DNA of 64,000 nt from Lama glama. Its lineage: Eukaryota. Position 1 is the stretch's first letter. Each line of letters begins with the position of its first letter. The translations under genes and the position numbers were made by a program. Of this stretch, positions 13,701 to 25,700 are shown in pieces. The stretch spans positions 100,814,001 to 100,878,000 of the forward strand of contig CM052817.1 of the NCBI GenBank assembly GCA_028534125.1. The letters are read 5' to 3'. The notes beneath the pieces were generated by a model, which saw only the letters and a list, made by a program, of their open reading frames with translations, ran no database searches and was not told the origin of the DNA.

Positions 13701-16700
13701 TGTTCTCGTCTCATCTGCAAGACATACATAATACTACCATGTACCTTAGCAGGCTGTCGGACAGAACAAATGAGAAAACAGAGGGAAAGCACCGCACTAT
13801 AGAACACGAATGTGCGTTGTGATCATGCAGTTTCTACACTAGCAAATGTTTGTCGGTTAAACACAAGTGTATACATTGCTTCAGACATCCAAAAGCTTTA
13901 AGAAACCATCTTCCAAAACAAACCTTCGATTTCTGAGGCCAATGTACTTCAATGTGCTTTGTTTAGAACTCTGCAAGCATTTTGAAGGCTCAGCCTGTGA
14001 CCCTGTCCACCAACGGGAACCCGTTCGCTGAGAACATCAAAGAGCCCAGGACCTCACACATGGCGCTCACCCATGTAGCTTACGTGCTTCTAAGTCTGTG
14101 CACCATGAGGACGTGCCAGGCCCTGCATCACATTAGAAATGTTCCCAGCGTGGGTACAGTGGCTTCAGCTGTGGGACATCAGGTCATCCCTAGTGTTGCA
14201 ACTCTCACAGGCAATTTCCACCAGTGGTGTGGTGACCATCAGGCCTGTCAGCAAGTCAGCAACCTGGGATCCGTCCCACCACCCACCCCCGAGCCCCGAG
14301 GCATGAGTCTCTCCCACGCACGTTCCTTTATTTAGTTAGATGTGTTCCCTGCTGTCTTCATGGCTATTTATCATCTCTGTGAAACCATCAAATCAGACCA
14401 GACAACTTCATCTCTTGCAAATCCTTGAGTTCTCTGTGAAAAACATCTTGGCAAACTGCCACAGACTTGCAACAAATAAAACAAGTGATCCCGCTTCAAG
14501 CCTCAAACCCCTGTCGCTTGCCTTGATGTTAATTCGGACGGTTTTAGTAACTTCTCTGTGACAGTGGCATTCGAGAGTACTTCTTCTCGGAGTGTTATAT
14601 AGGTATTTTAAGAATGTGGGACAGCTTTAAGCTGTATAGTCCCAGGAGCTACAAACTGTAAAAACAAATTGAACTGATGAAAAAGTATCATCTGATTATT
14701 TTTACGAAAGCAATTAATTGCAATGCTACCAGTTAAATAAGGAGGTGTAATTCTAACGCCTGGTTTCATACCTGCCCCTTGGTTGTGGTCAGGATCGGAG
14801 AAGCCACTTTTGTTCTTCTGACTAGTTTATCTTGTAACAATCCCCCTTTATGACCGCAGCAAGTGTTGCCGGTCCCTGAAGATGCAATAAACCTATGCTA
14901 AACCTGGCTTGCACTATGAGGCTCTCTCACTTGGCTTCAGGGGAGGGTAGCGTTCAATGTAGCACAAAGTCAAGTAACAGCTAGATCATGCTCCTTTCCT
15001 CTTCATCAGTATAATGTCCCTTCTTCCCGTAAGAGGCCTGGCCCGAGTGGAATTAAAGAGACGCGCATCTGGCTAACATCAGAGCCAGGCCTAGAATTGG
15101 TCCAAGACACATAGATCATGCCCACAGTGTAGACATAATCTGGGCCACTATTCAAGCAATGCTGTGGTTTATTAAACTGAGTACTTCTTCTTTCACCCAC
15201 TAAACACACACACACACACAGAGACACACACACATACACCCCTGCCTATTAACAATCTCATTTGAGGTTACCATCCTGCAGGATTAGAAACTGTTACTTT
15301 ATTTTCCTCGTAATACTTAGCTCAGATTTGAGGGAAATCAGTTGGCACTGAACATACTCAATATTTAATACTTGTTGACTTTTAAATGACTTGAGGGACT
15401 AGAAAGAAAAAGAGGAAAGAAACTCATAAAGTAATTGGAAGTGGCCACAGAGATTTACGTGCTCGGAGAGGCCAAAATAGTTCACACAAAACTGCTGTTT
15501 TCTTGCAATTAATGGTTCCATCTTGTCAATGACTGCACAGGTGGTGGACACACCAGCCACCAAATAGCTTAGCCTCACGGTAGCCAGCTGTCTTGCCTCT
15601 AAGTGTTCTTTTTTGAGATCTCTAAGGTGTCTTTTAATTTATGGACTATCTCTTATTTTAACTAATCAATAAAAGAAAATGAAATGCAATTTTAAAACAA
15701 ACTCTCCTCTAGATTGAGTTTCATCGCAACTCATCATAAACTTGCTGTGTGAATCACTTAACCTCTCTGAGTTCTAGGTTTACACAGAAGGATTATTTCA
15801 TTTTTAGCTGGTTGTCCTGGCACGATGTGGACAATGCCAAGCACACATTAAATGCTCAATAAATATATTTGTAAAACCTGTACTTTCCCCCAAAAAAGAC
15901 AAAGAGAAGGGAAGAAACAGGAAGAAATTCACAACATTCTTTATTAAACTAACCTGGATTTTCCTGAGAAACACTGAAGCGATCCCTTTTAGAATATCAT
16001 GAGCTCAGAAGTGAATCATAAAATGAACAATAGAATTATTACAAAACCAGAACAGATCTATGGTTCCTTATCCTCTCTGACTTAGTTAATTCCTAGGTAA
16101 CAGTACCTAGACTTCTGGCATATACAATAAACGTTTTATTATTGTTGTTGTCACTTTACTTGCAAAATTATAAATCTACTTGGATGAAATCAAATCTAAT
16201 TCTCCCCTTATCTTTCCCAATGCTGTTACTCAACGTAAAATCATCACTGTGGCCAACAGGCAGAAAGGGAAAGACACTTGGCTAATATTTGCAGTTCCTT
16301 GTCTGTGGTTATTCACTGAAGCTTGCAGAGGCAGAAACACCAAGCTTTCAGGAAATCGTCTAGTTCCAAAGGCCTCAGGAAGAAGGAAGAGGCTGCCTAG
16401 ACTGTGAGCACCCTGATGAAAGCAATTCCATTTTGTTTTTGCCACTATCAACCGGCATTTGAGAAGGTATTGTAAGGGTGGGAGCAGACCAGAAGGGAGT
16501 GAATTCTTCACAGAGAATTTAAACAATAATGAAACCAACTCAGTGGATCTGGTTTCTGTTATCACTGTGCCCTGGCCGTGCTGAACAACGTCAGTGATGG
16601 AATTCTGTTCGATGCCAGGGCGGATCTGCCTCCACAATGCCACACCCCTTGGACGCTGCCCCACGGACACTATTCCCAGCACCTGCGCATTGTCTGGCAC

Positions 16701-19700
16701 ATGACAGGTATGGATTATAGGGGAAAATGCTAAGGTGGGAAATAAGAATATAGAACTCCCCCTCCCCTGCAGTTCCTTTGCTGTCCTTTCCTACTGATTT
16801 CTTGAAAACCCATAGTTTAAGCTTCCCATAGTACTTTGTGTATCTCTGGCCCTTATTCAAATCCTGTGTTAAGTTTTAGATTTCACAGCTCAAGGGAAAT
16901 GTCCACTCAGTGAGGACAGGGCGAGGTAATGAGCACCCACTGACGAATGGGATCTGTGGGGAAAGTTCTGGAAGACCTGAGATGATGGACTCTAACCAGG
17001 GAAGGTTGAAGGGTGGAAGCCTTGGCACATAGTATGATGCATTAAGTGTGAGACGGTGACCAGATCAACTCCTTTTTTTCCCAGAAGCACCGTGGACTTT
17101 ATGTATCACAGAGGCTCCACATCAGGGTGTCTTTCTAGCATCAAGAAGGGCTGAACCCTGTAAACAGATTCCAGAATTCTTTGTTCCCCATCCTCTTGCT
17201 TAGATTAGCAGGAAAATGGGGAAGTGTTTTCCACTAAGTTCAATCTTCAGCGATGGCTATATACTTTCGGAAGCGTTAGAGTCACCTGTGTACTGGGAAC
17301 TTTGGGGAGAATGATGTGTCAAAATAGGTTAACTGACTGTAACAAATTCCCCATCTCCTGTTCGGAGATGTCAACAGTGGGGAAGGCGGTGCATGCCAGG
17401 ACAAGGGATACATGGGACGTCTCTGTACTTTCTGTTCAGTTTTGCTGAGAACCTAAAACTTTTCTAAAATATGATACCTTTTTTTTTTTTTAAAGCCAAT
17501 TGGAGAGGATGGGGAGAACTATGAAAGAATCAGTTTCATTGCGTGGTGCTTCAAAACTTACAAAGTGGTTTTTTTCCTCTTATCTGATCTTTTATCCAGT
17601 AAAACTAGCAGAGCAGGTGGCATTATTTCCATTTTTCAAGACCAGGAAACTGGAGCTCATAGAGTTAAAGTGACTTGTCTTTGGATAAAGAACAAATGAC
17701 TGTCCAAGTCAGGTCTTAAAACTAGTCTGATTTTCTAAGCCCAGTCACCAATGCTCTCTCCACCTGTATCTCTAATGATTCACAAGCTTTTTGAGAGAAA
17801 AAAATGTCTTCTTTCTGTTCTGGATTAGATATTCAAAGTAAATGTTTCATCAACTATCAATGTCATTAAGACAATAGGAGGAAGTAATATAAATAAATTC
17901 ATGACAGAAAAGAAAGATTATCCAAACTATATACTCTTTCAAAAACTCCAAACTGCTAAGAGGACTTATTCTGAAATCAACAACATTAACGGGTCTATGC
18001 TAATAATGGATGGGGAACCGGAAGTCTCCAATCATTCCTAGGAGATGAAACATTCATGATTTCTCAAGACAGGCGAGCTCCAGAAAGAAATTCCCAGGGA
18101 AACCAGGGGCAAAAATAATGCCCCATCTACTGAAACAGATGTGCCTGGACTTTAGGACATTAGTTCATGAGCCCAAATGGCAATGTGTTTATGTACATCA
18201 ATTCTAACTTTTTAATAAAAATAGTAACCAATATTTATTGAGAGTCAATTCTGTACCAGGCTTTGTTCCAAGTGCTTTGTGCTTTTCTGAGTTTTTGGTG
18301 AATAAAAATTAAATTTGTTTTGCAGTATCGTGATACCCCTTGAAGTAATCAGACAGTATCTTTGGCACCAAAGGCTAGGGACTTGCCATTCTTGGTTCTA
18401 GAACCATGGCTTCACAGAGAGGGAGTGAGGGGAAGGCCTGACAGTTGTCCTTGAGTTAAAACCAGATAGTTCTGGACCAACAGAAGAATGTAGGCATTCC
18501 CTTTAAAAATAATAATTTAGCATAAAGCAGCTTTCCAAATAGGTTAAGGCTTTTTGCCTTACAGGCAGAAATGTGCTTGAGCTTATTTCAAAGACCAACC
18601 TCTCAATATTTCAAAAATATGATTTCTAAGAAGCTTTCACCACCATACAATTCTCTAACATTAAGCTTCTCCTATGTTGCTAACAATTTCAAAGAATAAG
18701 AGGCAGGTATATAAAATTCACTGACATTTCACATCTTTTGATGGTGCCCATCACAGACACAGTAATAAGGTATTTATAAGATTTTGGTGGTGATCTTAGC
18801 CTTATACTAGATATACATAAATGTTCATTTTTAGGTAAAAAATGAAAGGAAAAGATTCCTTTGTAATGTCCTTTGTGATACACCCACTAGCATCTTTTCC
18901 CTTTGTCTGCTTGTTAGTATCCGCTATCTCATTTAAATAGCATAGACTTTTCTCCTAACCAGTGATGAATTTTAACATGCAGACACCTGCAGAGGTGACA
19001 ATGACTGACATCGACAACAAGATGGAGATTTCTGCAGCAGAAAGGAGGTTTGCCTCAGAAAGATTGCGGTGGCATGACTTCTTAGGTGAGGTTTAGGGAA
19101 AGAAGCAGAATGAGGGTCCGGAAGACAAACTTCTGACTGCCTCAGTCACCGTCTAGTAATCAGTATTTCCCTGCAATGCTCTGGCTTCAGAAACTGTTTA
19201 TGACGAGTGACTGCCCTCTGGATGCATTTAAGGTGACTGGCACAGGACCTCTGGTTAACCTGGAGGGAGAGCTGGTGAGTGGTATTGATCCTGCTCTGAA
19301 AGTTTATTCTGTTTATCCTGATAGGAGTGTAACGTCTCAGTCATGGGCTCAGTCAAGTTCCCTGCTGGCTGGTCATCTCTGAGTCACTCCATCAACAATC
19401 CAGTGCTCACCCCCTATCCCAACCCCTCGGCTCTGGGGAACAAGTCCCTGACTTGCTGAATCATCTATCCTATTTCCTGCGAGCACATCCCACGTCCTGA
19501 CCAAAGAATTCTCTGATCAAAACCACTCAAACACGGTCATTTCCATCCTCACAAAAGATTTTGGAATTTAAACTGGGTTATGGAGTGCTGAAAGACACGC
19601 CTACCCTGGGTGCACTGAAATTTTCTATCAAGCAGAGCCACCTAGTGGTGGAATGTAATATGGGTTTTTTAAATTCTCATTTAACTTCTCTCCTAGAACA

Positions 19701-22700
19701 CTCCAATCCAGGCGGGGTTTCCTTTTGTCTTGATTTTTACATGTTCATTGTACTCATTCTTATTTACAGTTTCCCCTTTGAGATTGTCACCTTCCTCTGT
19801 TTTCCTTACCAAACATCTATTCATCCAAGGTATACAAACCCAGAGTTTGTTATAATCAGAAAGTATTAGGACTAAAACAGAAGCCAACTCAACAGCGTCT
19901 CTTTAGAAGGGCAAGAAAATGTCAGTACGAATTTATTTCTAAAGATAAAGGGCCACTTGGATATTTACTTTGTACTTTTCTATCTTCCATAACTCACACT
20001 GTTTCCTCCACACTACACCACTACTCCATACTCCCATGTAAACTGTCACATAAAATTTGCAGGCACAGAGAAGGTGGGCAGAAGTCCTTGACTGTGGTCT
20101 CTGATCTCCCCCAACACACACATATAATCTGAGGTAGAAATTAGAAGTACCTTGGGTGGTTTTGGTTTGGTTCCTTTTCCTCCTCTAAGGTAGGTAAACA
20201 TTCATAGTCGGCTAGGACAGAACAAAACAAGCTCACTATTAGTTACTGAAATTCTATTTTCTATCCACAAAACTCACACAGTTGAGCATCACATTTCTCT
20301 GATCGTGTGGTTACTTGGACAGAAATGGCCTCACCAGGGAGCTCCAGAGGTTAAAAGATTAATGATGGCAAGGCTCTTGAAATGGAAAATGTACTAATAG
20401 CACAGATACAAGACTTCAACGTGCCTCTGGCTCCGTTGGAAAGGGCACAATTCATCACTGCTTGGTTATTCAGTCCCTGAAGAACCCCACTGTGGCTCCA
20501 AAGACTGGAATCTGCATGGCTTAGGGTGGATGCTGGAATAAAACAGCCTTATCTGCGGTCCTGATGTGCCTGCAGAATGACTTCGGTCAGGAGGCACGAT
20601 GGGAAAGGAGCAGGCAAAGTGGGGAACAATTGACCTTCTTAAGGTCATCAGAATTCTCTCTTATGACACTTCTGCTGGTTTCTTTTTTTAATATTTTACT
20701 TATTTATTATTGTATTGCTTAAATATTTCATTTGGGTGAGGAGGGAAGGTAATTAGGTTTATTTATTTTTGAGGGAGGTACTGGGGATTGAACCCAGGAC
20801 CTCGTGCATGCTAAGCATGTGCTCTACCACTTGAGCTATACTCTCCCCCCCAACTACTGCTGCTTTTAAAGGGAAAAAAAAATCCATTGGATCAATCACC
20901 TATGCATCAAAACAACACTCTGCTTTAGTTATCAAATAGAAATGGCTTTTTCCAGATTTCTGATTTTAGTGAGTGTAACAGGATCATGATTTTGTACTAC
21001 AATGACCTCAGCCACAAAAGGAAATATATCAAAATATTAAGAGAGATTGTTTCTGGGTGATGGATTTTTTTTCTCATTCCACTTTTTTTTTTTGCATTTT
21101 CCAAATTCTACTGTGTATGTATATTACTTTTATAAACTAAAAACAACAAAATGAAACTACTTTAAGGATTACCTCAATGACCCACCCCAATCCGCAAATG
21201 CTTTACAGAGCCATTCTTCCATCAATATTGGACTATGAAAAACTGTTCAAAATTGTGCAAGTTAGTTAAGTGGTTCTAATATTACTAACATACAATTGTA
21301 TATATTGGAATAATACAATAATTTCTAATAACAAGTATCTGGATTTGAGAATTCCTTTGTAGATTGTTGAATCTGACAGACCCTGGGGTATTTTTTAAGA
21401 TAAATATTAAAAATACATGTGATGTAATAATATAAATAGTGGATTGTATTAATTTAACATGAGCATTAAAATAATTTATTGATTTTTTAAAGGAATTTAA
21501 AAAAGAAAAAACAGCTATCATCATTTTAAAGTCCAAATATTGATTTAATGAAAAGTAAGGAATATATATTATAATTACTGCCAGGTATCAATTGAAAAGT
21601 AAGTAAGAGTTGGATATTTATATCACTATCTCTATTAGTGCTGTCCAATAGAACTTTCTACAGTGACTGGAATGTTCTAGATCTTCACTTTATGCTATAA
21701 TAGCCATTAGCTACAGGTGGCTACTGAGTCTTCAAAATGTGACTGGAGTGACTAAGGAACAAAATTAATTTTATTTAATTTTTAAAATTTTAAGTAAAGC
21801 AGACACATATGACTAATGTCTATTGGACAGCACAGATCGATGTAAACTATATTTGAGGAAGTTTTATATCTGTATACAGATTAAAATCAGAGATGTCTAA
21901 ATTCTATAAGACACCAGGTAAAACCAGATGCTAACTTTTCCCAGATAGCTTGGTCTCAAGAGATTTCCTTGCTTGAAAAAAAGGCCATTTTCTTCTCGAA
22001 AAAGATCATGTGAAAAATGTGCACAAAAATAAAAACAAGTGACAATTGATACAATAATTAAAATGAACAGTTAAAGGTGGTCAGACCCAAGGTTACTGTC
22101 TGCACGTGCCTGATGTAACGCGGGTGGGTTCACCCGGTCCCACACCAGGATTTACCGCACGGTTATAAAGCTTTTGCAGCTTTCTCTTATCAGAGAAAAC
22201 AGAAAAAACTAGGTTATTAACACCCCACATACCATTTCTATTCATGCTGTTCATCCACTTATCAAGCTCTTCCATTTCTATTTCCATGACAGAGGGTGTG
22301 TCTTCCTCAAAAATAGGTCTAGAGAAAGAAAGTAAAAAGCTTGTTGGAAAAAAAAACAAACAAACACGAAACAAAACCAACATGTATGGTGTGCTTAATT
22401 TCATTTGAGGAGAGCCTAGGATGTGGACCGTGGACTCTGGGGAAGATGAACTTGATTCCGTATCTGATGCTCCGGGGTAGCCTGGGTGAGCAGGGGTTTG
22501 CCTGTTCAAGTGTACCAAACTAACAGGAAAAAAGGCGAAAACTAAAGTAAACCTTCAACCGTCACTGATCTAAACACGTAGGGAGCACATACCAGGACCA
22601 GGCTGCAAGGGAATCCAGACTCTGCTCCCCTGAAGGTACCAGCCGAGCCTACAAGGCTTCCCCTGCGAGCCCCCCCCCCCAGGGAGTTGCTACATTTAGC

Positions 22701-25700
22701 ATTTTAGCCTTGCTTAATTTCACTTCCCTTTCTTTTGGGGTTTTTCATCACTGCCCCGGGTCAAGACGCCACTGTCAACAAGCTACTTTCATCACCTCTC
22801 CCTTTGTTCCTGGCTTTCCTGCTTTGAAGAAATGGAACCCTTGCTTTCAGAAATCTGGGGGCTTCCCCCCTGCCAGGGCTGGGCGCGCACCGTTAGGTGA
22901 AGCAGCCCCGGGCTGCCGGAGAGGGAGGTGGGGGCGGGGACCCCCGGCTCTGAAGGGCTGCCTATGCGCTAGCCTGCGCGGAGGAAGCCAGTCTGGTGTC
23001 CAAACAAGCAAGGGCAGGGCAGACTTGGTGGTGACATCACCCCAGACCACCCCTCTGGACGGAATCTTCTCTCCCTCTGTCCCCTCCACCCCACTTCCTG
23101 CCCCCAGCCCCCATGATGCACTGCTTCTCAACCTACAGACCTCAGTCTTCTCGCTCTCCTCCCTTAATACCAGCCAAAGTATCTTACCTGGTGATAAAAA
23201 ATTTTAACAAGACAATACTGTACATAAAATAAACAACAAGGACCTACTGTATAACACAGGGAACTATATTCAATTTCTTGTAATGATTCATAATGGAAAA
23301 GAAACAAAATATATGTATGTATTATGTATATATATGTATAACTGAACTGATTTGCTGTACACCTGACACTAACATTGTAAATCGACTACACTTCAGTAAA
23401 AAATGAGAATAAAAAATTTTTTTAATCAGAATAAATGAATCAATGTCCTTGAAATATGCCCAGGGTCAGAAATATTTAACCAACCATGCATTTGGAATTG
23501 GCCGCAGTCAGAAAAAGGTTCTTTTCTGAACAGAGGATCTTCTCTTCTACTCAGATCCCCTGCTGGGCTGAGGTGGGGGCTCCTGCATATCCTCCGGCAC
23601 ATGTCCTGGGGCCGGGGAAGACACCCACGAGGAGTGTCTGAACCAAAACTGTTGAAAAGCTGGCTCTCTAATCTGCTTATCCCTGGACATCCTCGACACC
23701 CTCGTCCACCCTGAGCTGGAATGGATGCAGTAGGGGAACTTACACTTTCAAGTTTTCATTTCCCAGTTCACCTAAAAGAGAGTAAACATAAAAGTCACGT
23801 TAGCTTGCATAGTCTGTAACAACTTTTCATTTCAACAATAGCTGAAATCTCTACAGAGACAGGCAATGACTTCAAGTAGATGAAGTTTTTAAAGGAACCA
23901 TAATTAACCTCTAAGTTAACAACTGCAGATTGCTATGTTGAAATGAGGTGCCATCACTATGAAATCTGTTTCTTTTAGATATCGGGGTCCTCTGAGAACA
24001 CACACTTCACATCAGATGCCCATCCCTCTGGGCTGTCTTTATCCATATGAAGAAGAAAACAGTGGTAAGGGGGACAAAGGAGGAGTTGACAAGAGTACTT
24101 GTTCCTGGACCCCCAGGTATCCTGGTTCAAACCACTTCTGTTTCATCTGCTTGTGACACTCCACACCAAACAGCATGACACTGTCCCTTTGTCCCAGAGT
24201 AGGATGTGGGGTATCCGTCACAGGCTTTGCTCGGACCACTCCTCTAACCCCTACTCTTTGTGTGGCTGAATCCCTCACACCTTCCAGTCTCAGTGAAAGC
24301 AAGTCCCTCTAAAACCGAATTCCCCTACAGAGGTTAAGATTCATCTCTCTATCCAAAACTTTATTCTCTTTCTTGTCCCATCTGACCTCAATCCTAACTG
24401 AACACTCACCAACCAGAATCAGAGGACTAAAACTGCTGTTGTCGATAACATCGTTCGTGTACTAAAATTGCTGCTGTAGGTGTCACCACTATCACACAAA
24501 CTCAAGTTGTCTCTCCGGGGCAAGATGCGCTCACAGACCCCCAGCCATGGGCCACCTGGCCAGGGAATCATAAACCAGAGACATCCCAACTCACCAAACC
24601 ATGATTAAGAAATGTCACAGAAATGTCACCAGATGATTAATCCCAGCCTCTCTGTTCTTCTCTGCTAAGAACATCCCCAACTCAAATACCAAGTTGGAGT
24701 GGATCTGAGGCTTGTCTCCCACTCCCTTGCGTGCCACCCTGCAACAAACCTTTCCTTTGCTGCAAACCCACTCTCAGAGTTTGACTTCCTGTACTGCGGG
24801 CACACAGCCCTTTGCCTGGTTACATCACCTTAAACTCAGAAAGGCCTCCCCCACCTCCTCTGTTTGATGCAGGGCTCATCTTTCCTGCTGTTTCCGGCTC
24901 AGTACCTTGCTTGCTTCTTCATAGCATCTGCTACCACCTGTCATTGATCAGTTCGTCTGTGTCATTCTTTTTTATCTGTCTCTCCCACTGGGCCACAGCT
25001 CCCAAAGTGCGGGGATCATATCTGCCTTGTTGAACGTGGTATTCCCCCTTCCCATCCCACTTGCACGGTACCTGATAAACACCCTGTACATATTTATTGA
25101 ATAAATGAATAGGTCTTACTCTGGATTGCCCAGTCCTGGGGTTAAATTCATGCCCAGTGTTCTGGATTTCACATTATCAGAGTAGTGAAGCTTTCAACAA
25201 GCCTGCTGTTAGTCAAGATGAGCCAGGTAACAGTTTGCAAAATGGCTCTAACGCTGATCAGAATCCAAATGAACATGTGGCAAGAATTAGGGCCCAATGC
25301 CCCAGCTCAAGCTCTGTTTTGTTTGGCAGGGAGTCCAATGCATCCAGAGAAAGGAGGCAACAATGTCCAGCGAATGGAGAGCACAGCCCCATTGCACCTT
25401 TTTCAATGGGAAAACCACTGAGCAGCAAACCACTGTGTAGAGGTCCGCTGCATAGTCAGATGGTCCTGATTCTTGGCAATCAGAGGCCTCCTTTTGTCTG
25501 GCAGGCAGAAATGCAGGTCCCCAGCGAGGGAACACAACCAGCAGGCACCTGGAACTGAGCTCCTGGCAGCCGGGAGCCGCTGTCATTTCCTGTGGGTTGG
25601 CATGCTTTCATGCACCGCTAATCCAGGAAAGCTGGGCACAGATGTCAGTTTCATGCCATCACTACTTCCCTTCCAGGAGCGGTAGGTTATGTCCTTCTGC

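Noticed and set aside
22093..22518. 141-aa minus-strand ORF as a stand-alone gene
   Set aside because: Only 22233-22318 is exon 5, bounded by splice sites. The rest is intronic read-through.
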